A stretch of 64,000 bases of DNA from Desulfosudaceae bacterium (GCA_963674745.2 CAXXDV010000003.1:1824001-1888000); one strand, 5' to 3'; positions 31,134 through 41,390 are shown, numbered from the stretch's first letter. Made by a program: numbers and translations. The notes: generated from the sequence alone by a model not told the origin.

Positions 31134-33065
31134 ATCGGGATAGGACTCCCCATTACTGAGGAGCCCTCCCACACCACCTGGCATACGGATCACGTACCAA
31201 GGCGGTTCGGCTGATCAGGAAGATTAGTTTCCGGGTAGATAAAATCCTTTGTCAGTAAAATATTTCTCGGGCATGGCGATGGCTACCCACTTGATTTTGC
31301 TCATGTGCCAGTACTTCTTGCGGGCATTGCCGCAGAGCATGGCGTCCTTGTGAGCGATACCAAGTTTCTCAAGGTTGCGAACCCTGGCTTTCGGATTCTT
31401 CCATTGTTTCCAGACAAGACTCCGTAGTCTTCGCAGTATCCAGATTTTGAGCCCTTTGAGGAAGGACTTGGCTTCCGTGAGCCGGAAGTAGTTCCACCAT
31501 CCCCGAATGTATCGGTTCAACTCCTGAATAACCTGCCGCAGGCTTTTTCCCCGCTTGCGGCTGGTCAGTTCCCTGACCTTGTCTTTGAAGCGTTTCATGC
31601 TTTCGGCATGAACCCGGATTTTTGACTGTCCTTACATTTGCAAATACGTGAATCCGAGAAATTTGCGCAGCCATGGCCTGCTGACGGCACTCTTGTCCTG
31701 GTTTACCTTGAGCTTGAGTTTCACAGTCAGGAACCTGGTGATACTTCGCATTACCCTTTCGGCAGCTTTTCGGCTCCTGCAGTAGATCCTGAAGTCGTCG
31801 GCATAACGGACATATCTGTGCCCTCTTTTCTCCAGTTCTTTGTCCAGTTCGTCCAGGACGATATTGGACAGCAGCGGAGACAGGGGGCCTCCCTGGGGCG
31901 TTCCTTCTTCCGTGTGAACCGCAACCCCTTCGATCATCACGCCGGACCTCAGATATTGCCGTATCACCTTCAATACGCGCTTATCCTTGATCCTTGTGGC
32001 GAGTCTGCTCATCAGCCGGTCATGGTTGACCCGGTCGAAGAATTTGGACAGGTCCATGTCGACGACATGGGTGTATCCGTCTACCATGTGCCGCTTACCC
32101 TGCATAACCGCATCATGCGCGGATCTACCGGGCCTGAACCCATAACTGGATTCAGAAAAGGCGGGCTCCCAGATCTGTTCTACGATCTGGGCGACGGCTT
32201 GCTGGATACACCGGTCAAGCACCGTGGGTATTCCCAGTAAACGCACCCCCCCGCCCGGTTTGGGAATCTCTTTCCTTTTCACCGGCAGCGGTTTGTGGGT
32301 GCCGTTTTGCAGGTCGTTCTTAATTTCAGGCCAATGCCTGGCCAGGTATTTCCCGAGTTGATCGGTTTTCATCCCATCAACTCCGGGCGCTCCCTGGTTG
32401 GCACAAACCTGTTTCCAGGCCCGGATAATGTTACTGCGGTCAAGAATCATCTCCATTAACCGGTCACTTTCTCCCAGACGTTCGGCAATCTGTGACGCTG
32501 CAAATATTTCCATCTGCTGTGGCTTTGTATTCACAAGTACACACCTCCTAATCGTCACTATCATTTACCCGTCCCATTCGGTCCGGGCACCGTTCCGGCC
32601 TTCACCGGGGTGAGTCCTCCGGGTATACTTCTCCCGCTTAAGGGAGGCCCGGCTCGTATCCTCCAGCTACTATGCCATCTGCTGACTTCTCCCATGCGGT
32701 CAGGGCCGGTTACCCGACCCTCAGCCGTTTTCCGGCACATGGGAGATCTCCCGGGGTAAACACATGTCTTTCGATACGTGAATGCCGAGTTTACGGACAC
32801 GCCTTAAGATGGATAGAGGACTTTATCTTGTTGTGCAGACTCGTCCCGGCGTGCGCGCCTTATACTCGATTCCTGTGCGTCATCCCGTACCTTCGCGGTG
32901 CCCCGCCGCAGCAGGGCGGCTTCCTTCCGAAGCACCGTCACCGGCACCCCGTTGCACTACCGCTACACCCTTCGCCTCCATCAGGCTGGGTCTAAGACTT
33001 GCCAAATACGTCAATATCTTATATGTTTGGCTCACTTTTAAGAACATGTGCCGTGCCCGGCACAC
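31134..33065 (-). mobile_element. Full-length group IIC-attC intron
   Basis: 5' GTGTG, 3' CCCGAT; inserted after TTGT on the attC bottom strand; ribozyme closely related to the ORF-less copies. Confidence 0.92.
31224..32534 (-). pseudogene. ltrA: Class C intron RT/maturase with in-frame TAA
   Basis: GAPGVDG, PQGG, YADD, FLGF; TAA at 31634-31632, then the X domain continues in the same frame; GTG start with AGGAGG. Confidence 0.85.
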
Positions 33066-33211
33066 ACAATCAATCAAGCGCAAAGGACAGCAAGGGCACT
33101 CGGGTTTTGAACATTTGGGGGGGGTGAACAACCGTAACCATAAACCAAGTCAGTGGAAGCCCTGGCTGCCATTGGCTTCAGACGTTATCGCTCTCATACA
33201 GAAAAGGACTT

Positions 33212-33793
33212 ATGCATAAGTACCTGACATCAAATGCAACTATAGACTGGGAAACCCCTAAAGTCATAGCTAAAGCAAATGAACTTGCTCAAGGCATTGA
33301 TAGTTCTGTGGAAATTGCAAAAAAATGTTTTGTATTTGTACGTGATGAAATAAAACATAGTAACGATCACCAATTAAATCCTGTTACATGCAAAGCTTCA
33401 GATGTGCTTGAACACAAAACAGGATTTTGCTATGCCAAAAGCCATCTATTAGCAGCTTTGCTCAGGGCAAATAAAATTCCGGCAGGGCTTTGTTATCAGC
33501 GGCTTACCATCGAAAATGATAAGCCACCATTCTGTTTGCATGGCCTTAATGCTGTATATCTGCCAGATATTGGGTGGTATCGCATTGATGCAAGAGGGAA
33601 TAAAGAAGATGTTTCCGCAGAATTTAGTCCTCCTGTAGAAAGACTTGCTTTCAAAATCGTCCATGAAGGTGAGGCAGATTTTCAAGAAATATGGTCAGAA
33701 CCATTACCTGAAATAAAGGAAGTATTGGAATCATCAAGCTCATATCAGGAAGTGGCTGACAATTTACCTGATATTGAAATAATTAAGAGCTAA
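33212..33793 (+). CDS. Transglutaminase-like cassette protein
   Basis: GFCYAKSHL, HGLN, WYRID catalytic triad pattern. Confidence 0.9.
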   Translation: MHKYLTSNATIDWETPKVIAKANELAQGIDSSVEIAKKCFVFVRDEIKHSNDHQLNPVTCKASDVLEHKTGFCYAKSHLLAALLRANKIPAGLCYQRLTIENDKPPFCLHGLNAVYLPDIGWYRIDARGNKEDVSAEFSPPVERLAFKIVHEGEADFQEIWSEPLPEIKEVLESSSSYQEVADNLPDIEIIKS

Positions 33794-33937
33794 CAATCAA
33801 TCAAGCGCAAAGGACAGCAAGGGCACTCGGGTTTTGAAATATCGGGGGATTTGAACAACCGAAAACTTTAACCAGGTCAGTGGAAGCCCTGGCTCCCATT
33901 GGCGGCCGCCGTTAAGCAAAATAATGAAATATAAAAT

Positions 33938-34744
33938 ATGAAGTATAAAATGCCCCTTACTTTTTGTATTATTTTCACCATGGCCATATCGGCGATTTCT
34001 CAAGACGATCACGTCTTTGAAGACATTATCCGCGGTGCTTTTGCTGGACGTGAAGGGACTTTTGTTATCATCGACTGCTCAACTAGCGAAATTCATGATT
34101 TCTATCCGAATACATCCTCAAAAAGAATTGCACCCTGCTCTACATTTAAAATATGGAATACCTTGATTGGACTTGAGAGCGGATTAATTTCCTCATCGGA
34201 TGAATCTTTCTATAAGTGGGATGGCATCGAGCGATCAATTCTGGCATGGAACAAGGACTTGACGTTGCAGGAAGCCTTTCAGGCTTCGTGCGTACCAGCC
34301 TTCCAGTCTCTCGCTCGAAAAATTGGCCCTAAGAAAATGCACTCATGGATTGACAAGATTGGTTATGGAAACAAAGATACATCGGCAGGAATAGATGTTT
34401 TCTGGCTTCCTGCCAGCGGCAGAAGAACCATTTTAATTTCGCCGATGGAGCAAGCGCAACTGATTTACAAACTTATTTCAGGCAATATGCCTTTTTCGGA
34501 TAAATCTATAGCCGCTGTCAAGGACATCATGAAAGTTCGAGAAACCGACCTTGGGACTCTTTATGGCAAAACCGGCACAGCTACAAATGAAACCGGAACT
34601 TATGTCTTAGGATGGTACGTTGGGTTTGTGGAAAGTAAAGGAAAGACATATGCCTTTGCTTGCACAGCAACGGGTGATAACGTTATGGGCAAAGATTCAC
34701 GTGTAATAGTTGAAAGAATTTTGATGAAACAAGGGATATTGTAA
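33938..34744 (+). CDS. Class D beta-lactamase-like (OXA/penicillin-binding) protein
   Basis: Signal peptide; STFK, SCV, YGN, FWL, KTG motifs. Confidence 0.85.
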   Translation: MKYKMPLTFCIIFTMAISAISQDDHVFEDIIRGAFAGREGTFVIIDCSTSEIHDFYPNTSSKRIAPCSTFKIWNTLIGLESGLISSSDESFYKWDGIERSILAWNKDLTLQEAFQASCVPAFQSLARKIGPKKMHSWIDKIGYGNKDTSAGIDVFWLPASGRRTILISPMEQAQLIYKLISGNMPFSDKSIAAVKDIMKVRETDLGTLYGKTGTATNETGTYVLGWYVGFVESKGKTYAFACTATGDNVMGKDSRVIVERILMKQGIL

Positions 34745-34759
34745 AAAAATAATCGCGCT

Positions 34760-35731
34760 TCATTTGAGCGCGTATGTGATCACCGGCTCTTCGGTCTTCC
34801 GGTAAATGCGGCCTTTGTTCTCCAGGTAGCGTAAATGGGAAATGGCCTCTCCGGTGGCAAACCATTTCTGGGCCGGTGGGAATTTCTCCCAGTTCTCGGC
34901 CTCAATATCCCAGGTCATGTACGAAGCGGTTTGAAAGGCATCCAGCGGCGCGTGATGCGCCAGGATGTCCATGACTTCTTCCAGGCGGTGGGCGTGATGG
35001 GATTTAAGTTCATCGATCCGCTCCCGGCAGTTGTCAAACAGCCGGCGATGTCCCGGCAGGACGTGTTTCACCTCCAGGGCCCGCACTTTGTCCAGGCTGG
35101 CCAGGTAATTGGCCAGAGGGTCATCATCCTCGGACCAGCACTGAATGTTGGGCGTAATGTCGATCAGAATATGATCGCCGGCAATCAGGATCTGGTGTTG
35201 CGGTTCATACAGGCACATATGCCCCCTGGTGTGGCCCGGCGTAAGGACACTGGTGAATCGGTACGGGCCTGCTTTCATCTGATGACCGTCGTTTAATATC
35301 TTCAAGGGCGGGCGCCAGTCCGTGCCGAACTTCCGGCCGGGATGCTTTTTAAGAGAAGCCCGCAAAGCCTCTTCGGCCAGGCCGTTTTTAACAGCGTATT
35401 GGATCATGGGCTCAAAGCCCTGCCAGTTTTCGATAATCTCAGCATCCGGACGATTGAAGTACACTTGTGTATTATCACCGGCCATTCGGGTCACCAAACC
35501 GAAATGATCGGCATGCATGTGGGTGATAAAAAGATCGGCCTGCTCCATATCCAGGCCGATTTCCGCCAGTCCGTTCTGCATGGCCTCAAAGCAGATATCA
35601 TGGTTCAGGCCGGTGTCAACGATCAGGGCCCGGGGTTCGGATCGAACAACATAACTGTTCAGGTATTTCAGCGGTGTATCGGGCAGCGGGATCTTGATCC
35701 GGAACAGGTCGGGAATAATTTCTTCAACCAT
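34760..35731 (-). CDS. MBL-fold metallo-hydrolase
   Basis: THMHADH, TPGH, GDH, PGH motifs. Confidence 0.9.
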   Translation of the reverse strand: MVEEIIPDLFRIKIPLPDTPLKYLNSYVVRSEPRALIVDTGLNHDICFEAMQNGLAEIGLDMEQADLFITHMHADHFGLVTRMAGDNTQVYFNRPDAEIIENWQGFEPMIQYAVKNGLAEEALRASLKKHPGRKFGTDWRPPLKILNDGHQMKAGPYRFTSVLTPGHTRGHMCLYEPQHQILIAGDHILIDITPNIQCWSEDDDPLANYLASLDKVRALEVKHVLPGHRRLFDNCRERIDELKSHHAHRLEEVMDILAHHAPLDAFQTASYMTWDIEAENWEKFPPAQKWFATGEAISHLRYLENKGRIYRKTEEPVITYALK

Positions 35732-35763
35732 GAACGACGCTCCTTGCATAAATGATTCTGCTA

Positions 35764-36510
35764 TCATTCAAGCGACTGCAGGCAGGACAGGTCACAGCTC
35801 TGAAACATGCTGATGTCCATTTCCTCCTCAATATACCGCAAATCTTCGGCCAGCATGCAATCAGCGGTTTCACCGCGGAAACGTTGTTTGTAGGCGGCAA
35901 ACAGGCGGGGTTTTTTGGCACCGAGTTCGACGGCTATTTCAACCGCCCGGTCGATGACCCGGGACGGATCGACCAGCTCGTCGACCATACCGGCCGCAAG
36001 CGCAGACGTACCGTCGAATTTACGGCCGGAGAGGAATGCAAGGTCGGTCACGCGGCTGCCGACCACGTAATTCACCATGGCCAGGCATCCCGAGGGCGGA
36101 ATAATGGCGACATCGATTTCCGGAAAAGTGCAGACCGCTTTCTCGTTTTTCATGACCCGGTAGTCCAGGCACATGGAAAACGCCAGGGCACTGGCCACAA
36201 CATGACCGTTAATGGCAGCGATCACGGGTTTGGGGAAAATAAACGCCCGATGGAAAAAAGTAAACAGTTCCTTGAAGAACTGCTTGATAGCGTCTTCTTC
36301 AAGCCCCATCACGTACTGAATATCCATACCGGCTGAAAAATACTGAACGCCGCTGCCGGCAACCACCACACCGCGAACGGCGTCATCGGCTTCAATATCG
36401 TCAAGAGCCTTGTTAAACTGTTGAATTATGTCGCTGTTAAAGGCATTCTCCGGCGGGTTTTCCATAAACAGTACGGCTATTTCATTTCTGGTTTCAATTC
36501 TGACTGACAT
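35764..36510 (-). CDS. Enoyl-CoA hydratase/isomerase family
   Basis: FSAGMD and PKPVIAAINGH motifs. Confidence 0.9.
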   Translation of the reverse strand: MSVRIETRNEIAVLFMENPPENAFNSDIIQQFNKALDDIEADDAVRGVVVAGSGVQYFSAGMDIQYVMGLEEDAIKQFFKELFTFFHRAFIFPKPVIAAINGHVVASALAFSMCLDYRVMKNEKAVCTFPEIDVAIIPPSGCLAMVNYVVGSRVTDLAFLSGRKFDGTSALAAGMVDELVDPSRVIDRAVEIAVELGAKKPRLFAAYKQRFRGETADCMLAEDLRYIEEEMDISMFQSCDLSCLQSLE

Positions 36511-36859
36511 GGGGAACCTCCTTTTTGCATGCTGAAATGAAGACTTCTGGACAAAAATAAATTATCATAGAAAAAAACGATCTGCAACGCCAGGTGTCGG
36601 GCGGCACCCGATTTTTTTACACCCTCACCGTAAAAGCCTGATAAATTCATCGAAAACGACAAGCAGGCAGTTGTGTTTGAGGTAAAATATCCTTCTTGAC
36701 ACAACTTATCACCCTGATATATATTTTTAGGAACCGTGCAAACGGCGTTCCATCAATGAAACGGGGGTCTCCAAAGAAAAGCGTGCAGGCTTTGTCATTG
36801 TTTTTTTCTTTTTGAATCCGTTTCTTTTTTTACAGTCACGACAAACCAAGGAGCTAATC

Positions 36860-37468
36860 ATGACGGCACCCGCCATTCAGGTAGCACCGGATGTGGCCAA
36901 TCCCCTGATCGCCGAAGTCATGGAACGTTCCGGACAGAATCTTCTCACCTGCTATCAGTGCCGCCGGTGCGCCGGAGCCTGCGCGGTGGGCGATGAGACA
37001 GGATTCTTTACCCCGGACCGTTTAATTCGCGCCATTCTCATCGGCGACCGGCAAACCGCCTTGAATAACGAACTGATCTGGAAATGCGTCTCCTGCTATA
37101 CCTGCGGGATTCGTTGTCCCAACGGCATTCAAACCGGTCGCATTACCGAAACCCTCAAAAAAATGGCCAAAGAAGCCCATCAGAAATCACCCCACCCCAA
37201 AGTGGTTCATTTCCATGACGCCTTTGTCAAATCCGGTGTTCGCTGGGGCCGGGTGAACGAAACCGAATTTATGGCCGCCTATGAAATAAAAAACACGGCC
37301 GCTGACCTGAGAAAATTCGACTTTCGTGCCGTCACCGAAGAAATTGCCCGGCAGTTGAAACTGGCCATGGCCATGTTACGGTTGGGCCGGATGCATTTCG
37401 GCTTTCTCTCGGCCAAAGGCCGGGGCGAAATCAAACGGCTGAAAAAGGCGAAAACCAAAACACAATAA
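36860..37468 (+). CDS. hdrC: Heterodisulfide reductase subunit C
   Basis: Two CxxCxxCxxxC motifs; operon context. Confidence 0.88.
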   Translation: MTAPAIQVAPDVANPLIAEVMERSGQNLLTCYQCRRCAGACAVGDETGFFTPDRLIRAILIGDRQTALNNELIWKCVSCYTCGIRCPNGIQTGRITETLKKMAKEAHQKSPHPKVVHFHDAFVKSGVRWGRVNETEFMAAYEIKNTAADLRKFDFRAVTEEIARQLKLAMAMLRLGRMHFGFLSAKGRGEIKRLKKAKTKTQ

Positions 37469-37478
37469 GAGGTCTGCC

Positions 37479-38366
37479 ATGGAATTAGCCTATTACCCGG
37501 GGTGTTCGCTGAAACAATCCTCTGCGCTTTATGATCACCAGACCCGTCTTGTTTTTGATAAGCTCGGCGTGCAGCTCCGGGAACTGGCCGACTGGAACTG
37601 CTGCGGCGCCACATCGGCCGGTAAAACCGACGATTTTCTGTCTATCGCCATGCCCGCCCGCAATCTGGGTATCGCCGCCCAGTCCGGCTTGAATGAAATG
37701 GTCATCCCCTGTTCGGCCTGTTATTCCCGCACCCTGGTGGCCCAGCAATACCTGGAGGCGAACCCGGATTTAAAAGAAGAAATCAATGCCGGTGTGTCCA
37801 AAAAGATTACAACACCGGTCAAGGTGTCATCCATCCTGGAAGTACTGCTTGCCCTTCTGGATTCCGGAACGCTGGCCGAAAAACTGATCTACAAACCTAA
37901 AAGCTTAAAACCGGTCTGTTATTACGGCTGCATGATGACCCGTTTTCCTTTTCCGGTGCCGGTCCCGGACAGTATCGAAAATCCCCGGGGCATGGAAATC
38001 ATTTTAGAAGCCCTGGGCCTGCATCCCATAGACTGGAACTACAAAACCAACTGCTGCGGGGCCTCGGCCGCCGTCACCGATCCGGCCGTGGCCCACACAC
38101 TGATGGCCAAAATCCTGAACGATGCGCTGGCTCGCAGCGCCAACTGCCTGATAACCACCTGCCCTATGTGCCAGATGAACCTGGACGCCTACCAGGAAGA
38201 CATCTGCCGGGAACACAACATCAGCGAACGACTGCCGGTCTTTTTCATTACCGAGGTGGTGGGAATGGCCATGGGTTTGGACATCAAATCGTTGGAGATC
38301 GACAAGCACTTTATCAACGGAACGGAACTCTTCAAGGAGCTGGAGCAATATGAATCAGAGCACTAA
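37479..38366 (+). CDS. hdrB: Heterodisulfide reductase subunit B
   Basis: YYPGC, two CCG domains, CPMC. Confidence 0.92.
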   Translation: MELAYYPGCSLKQSSALYDHQTRLVFDKLGVQLRELADWNCCGATSAGKTDDFLSIAMPARNLGIAAQSGLNEMVIPCSACYSRTLVAQQYLEANPDLKEEINAGVSKKITTPVKVSSILEVLLALLDSGTLAEKLIYKPKSLKPVCYYGCMMTRFPFPVPVPDSIENPRGMEIILEALGLHPIDWNYKTNCCGASAAVTDPAVAHTLMAKILNDALARSANCLITTCPMCQMNLDAYQEDICREHNISERLPVFFITEVVGMAMGLDIKSLEIDKHFINGTELFKELEQYESEH

Positions 38367-41358
38367 ACCATCAGGTTCGGTGATGATCGTCGGGGGCGGC
38401 ATCGGCGGTATGCAGGCGGCCCTGGACCTGGCTGACAGCGGTTTCAAAGTTCACATTGTCCAGAAGGACTCCTCCCTGGGCGGCACCATGGTCATGCTGG
38501 ACAAGACCTTCCCCACCGGTGACTGTTCCATGTGCATGATTTCGCCCAAAATGGTGGAAATCGGACGTCATCCCAACATTGAAATTCATACCCTGGCGGA
38601 AGTAACCGGCATTGACGGCGAACCCGGCCGCTTCAGCGTGACCGTCAAACTCCTGCCCCGGTATGTGGATCCTGACAAATGTACCGGCTGCGGTATCTGT
38701 GAAAAAAAATGCCCCAAGCTGGTCACCAGCGAGTTTGAACAGGGGCTGACAAAGCGTAAGGCCATTTACGCCCTGATGCCCCAGGCCGTCCCCAATACCC
38801 GCGTCATCGACCATGACAACTGCCTTTATTTTCAAAGAGGCAGGTGCAAGGCTTGTGAAAAATTCTGCACCAACGGCGCCATCAACTTCGAAGACACAGG
38901 CAAAGAAATTACGCTCACCGTCGGCGCGGTGATCCTTTCACCAGGGCTGGCCCGCCACAGTGCCGACCGTCATCCGGAACTGGGTTTCGGCCGCTGGCCC
39001 AACGTGGTCTCTTCTGTACAGTTTGAGCGTATCCTGTCGGCTTCGGGCCCCTTTTCCGGCGAAATACTGCGGCCCAGCGACAAAAAACATCCTCACAAGA
39101 TTGCCTGGATTCAGTGTGTGGGATCCCGGGACAATAACCACGGCAACCCATGGTGTTCTTCGGTATGCTGTATGTATGCCACCAAGCAGGCGGTCATTGC
39201 CCGGGAACACGACGCCTCGATCACGCCCACTATCTTCTACATGGAGATGCGGGCCTTTGGAAAAGACTTTGACAAATACGTGGACCGGGCCAAAAACCAG
39301 TACGGGGTCCGCTATCACCGGGCCATGGTTTCCGCTGTCCATGAAGAAGCAGGAACAGACAACCTGATATTGCGGTATGCCCAAATGGACGGCACCCTGG
39401 TCGACGAGGTGTTCGACATGGTGGTGCTGTCCATAGGGCTGGAACCTCACCGGGATGCGTTGGCGTTCGCGAAGACCTTTCAAATTGAATCCAACCGGCA
39501 TGGATTTGCCAAAACAACGCCTTTCACCCCGGTGGACACCACCCGCCCCGGCATGTTCGTAACCGGCACGTTTCAGGGTCCCAAGGACATTCCCGAAACC
39601 GTACTCCAGGGCAGTGCTGTGGCCGGTAAAGCCATGGCCCTTCTGGGAGAAGCCCGGGGCACGGAGATTACCGCCAAAGAGCTTCCGCCGGAAACCGACA
39701 CAAGTGAAGCGGATGCCCGGATCGGTGTGTTGATTTGCCATTGCGGAATCAATATATCACAGACTGTGGACATCCCCGCAGTGGTGGAAGCCGCGAAAGC
39801 CCTGCCCCATGTGGTTTTTGCCGATGACCTGATGTATGCCTGCTCCCAGGACAGCCAGGACGCCATCAAAGCCCTGGTCAAAGAGCACAACCTGACCCGG
39901 GTGGTGGTGGCTTCATGCACGCCCCGAACCCACCAGCCCCTGTTCCAGGAAACTATACGGGACGCGGGTTTGAACAAGTACCTGTTTGAACTGGCCGACA
40001 TCCGGGAACAATGTTCCTGGTGTCACATGGGTCAGAATGAACCCGCCACCAAAAAAGCCATTGATATCGTCAAGATGACGGTAGCCAAAACCGCCCTGTT
40101 TGAAGCCATTCACACCGATTCGGTACCGGTCACCCATGCGGCCCTGGTTATCGGCGGCGGTATGGCCGGCATGACCGCGGCCCTTGCCCTGGGAGACCAG
40201 GGATATGACGTGCATATTATTGAAAATCAGGATGCCCTGGGCGGCCTGGTCAACAATCTCTACCGGACCCTGGACGGCAGCGACGTGCAGGCCTTTTTGA
40301 AGGACAGTATCGATAAAGTCGGCAACCACCCGAAAATCACCGTACATACAGGCGTGGATATAAAGAAAACCGACGGGTTTGTCGGCAATTTCGTGACCAC
40401 CCTGACCGACGACACAACGATTCCTCATGGTGCCATTATTATTGCCACCGGCGGGGTGGAATACGAGCCAGACGAATACGAATACGGCAGCAGCAGCGCC
40501 ATCATGACCCAGCGTGAGCTCGAAAAGCGGCTTGAGACCGAAACTTTTTCGCCTTCAGCGACCTTTGCCATGATCCAGTGCGTGGGCTCCCGGGAAGAAC
40601 CGTTTAATTACTGTTCCCGGATCTGCTGCCAGGACGCCATCAAAAACGCCATCGCTATTAAGACAAAATATCCCGGAGCCGCTGTCACCATTTTCTACCG
40701 GGACATTCGCACCTATGGCCTGCGGGAAGATTATTACCATCAGGCCAGAAGCCTGGGCGTGCTATTTGTCCGCTTTGAACCGGACAACAAACCCGAGGTG
40801 AGCATAAGCGGTGACAAGGTGACCGTCAGCGCCTTTGATTTCATGCTCAACCGCCCGATTGAAGTCCGGACCGATTACCTGGCCCTGTCGACCGGCCTGC
40901 GGCCCCATCCCTCCACCGAAGAAGTGGGCAAGCGTTACAAACTGACCCGCAACCCGGACGGCTATTTTCTGGAGGCCCATGTCAAGCTGCGGCCGGTGGA
41001 TTTTCCCAGTGAAGGGCTTTTTGTGGCCGGGCTGGCCCATGCCCCCAAAAACCTGGACGAAACTATCAGCCAGGCCCTGGCCGCTTCCGGCCGGGCCGGG
41101 GTTCTACTTTCCAAAGACAGACTGGATGTCTCCGGCATCATATCAAAACACAACCGGGACCTCTGTATGTCCTGCCTGGCCTGCTTCCGCGTCTGCCCGT
41201 TTGATTCACCGTTTATCGATGAGGACGGACGCATCAGCCACAACGAAGTCAAGTGCATGGGCTGCGGCATCTGTGCCGGCGTCTGCCCGGCCAAGGCGTT
41301 CCAGGTCAACAACTTCAGAGATGACCAGATTATCGCCATGATCGACGCGGTAACCTGA
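38350..41358 (+). CDS. hdrA: Heterodisulfide reductase subunit A (large form, two FAD-binding motifs)
   Basis: GGGIGG, LDKTFPT, QCVGSR twice, ferredoxin motifs. Confidence 0.93.
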   Translation: MNQSTKPSGSVMIVGGGIGGMQAALDLADSGFKVHIVQKDSSLGGTMVMLDKTFPTGDCSMCMISPKMVEIGRHPNIEIHTLAEVTGIDGEPGRFSVTVKLLPRYVDPDKCTGCGICEKKCPKLVTSEFEQGLTKRKAIYALMPQAVPNTRVIDHDNCLYFQRGRCKACEKFCTNGAINFEDTGKEITLTVGAVILSPGLARHSADRHPELGFGRWPNVVSSVQFERILSASGPFSGEILRPSDKKHPHKIAWIQCVGSRDNNHGNPWCSSVCCMYATKQAVIAREHDASITPTIFYMEMRAFGKDFDKYVDRAKNQYGVRYHRAMVSAVHEEAGTDNLILRYAQMDGTLVDEVFDMVVLSIGLEPHRDALAFAKTFQIESNRHGFAKTTPFTPVDTTRPGMFVTGTFQGPKDIPETVLQGSAVAGKAMALLGEARGTEITAKELPPETDTSEADARIGVLICHCGINISQTVDIPAVVEAAKALPHVVFADDLMYACSQDSQDAIKALVKEHNLTRVVVASCTPRTHQPLFQETIRDAGLNKYLFELADIREQCSWCHMGQNEPATKKAIDIVKMTVAKTALFEAIHTDSVPVTHAALVIGGGMAGMTAALALGDQGYDVHIIENQDALGGLVNNLYRTLDGSDVQAFLKDSIDKVGNHPKITVHTGVDIKKTDGFVGNFVTTLTDDTTIPHGAIIIATGGVEYEPDEYEYGSSSAIMTQRELEKRLETETFSPSATFAMIQCVGSREEPFNYCSRICCQDAIKNAIAIKTKYPGAAVTIFYRDIRTYGLREDYYHQARSLGVLFVRFEPDNKPEVSISGDKVTVSAFDFMLNRPIEVRTDYLALSTGLRPHPSTEEVGKRYKLTRNPDGYFLEAHVKLRPVDFPSEGLFVAGLAHAPKNLDETISQALAASGRAGVLLSKDRLDVSGIISKHNRDLCMSCLACFRVCPFDSPFIDEDGRISHNEVKCMGCGICAGVCPAKAFQVNNFRDDQIIAMIDAVT

Positions 41359-41390
41359 AATTAGAATAACTGATTGAAAAGGGATACTCC

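Larger units (their letters stand above)
19555..33917 (+). repeat. 10 distal attC sites, six split by insertions
   Basis: 19555//20487 (IS), 20880-21006, 21480//23220 (IS), 23556-23650 (short, different family), 24260//25050 (intron), 25352-25475 (AAC changed to ACC), 28227//29064 (intron), 29770//30540 (intron), 31129//33190 (intron), 33788-33917. Confidence 0.92.
1..34750 (+). mobile_element. Integron gene-cassette array (superintegron-like, distal part; integrase not in window)
   Basis: About 46 co-oriented short AT-rich cassettes separated by 45 imperfect palindromes bounded by ...AAC and GTT... cores. The end of each cassette is complementary to its own start (e.g. GTTAGCCCT 283 / AGGGCTAAC 907; GTTGGGCG 1030 / CGCCCAAC 1550). 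Confidence 0.97.

Noticed and set aside
31632..31634. Sec/Pyl recoding of the RT stop
   Set aside because: The codon is TAA, not TGA or TAG.
26118..32534. Retron or DGR reverse transcriptase system
   Set aside because: Both RTs sit inside group II ribozymes with DV/DVI and carry X domains; no TR/VR pair with adenine-specific differences was seen.
1..34750. Integron integrase / attI
   Set aside because: No tyrosine recombinase ORF in the window; expected upstream.
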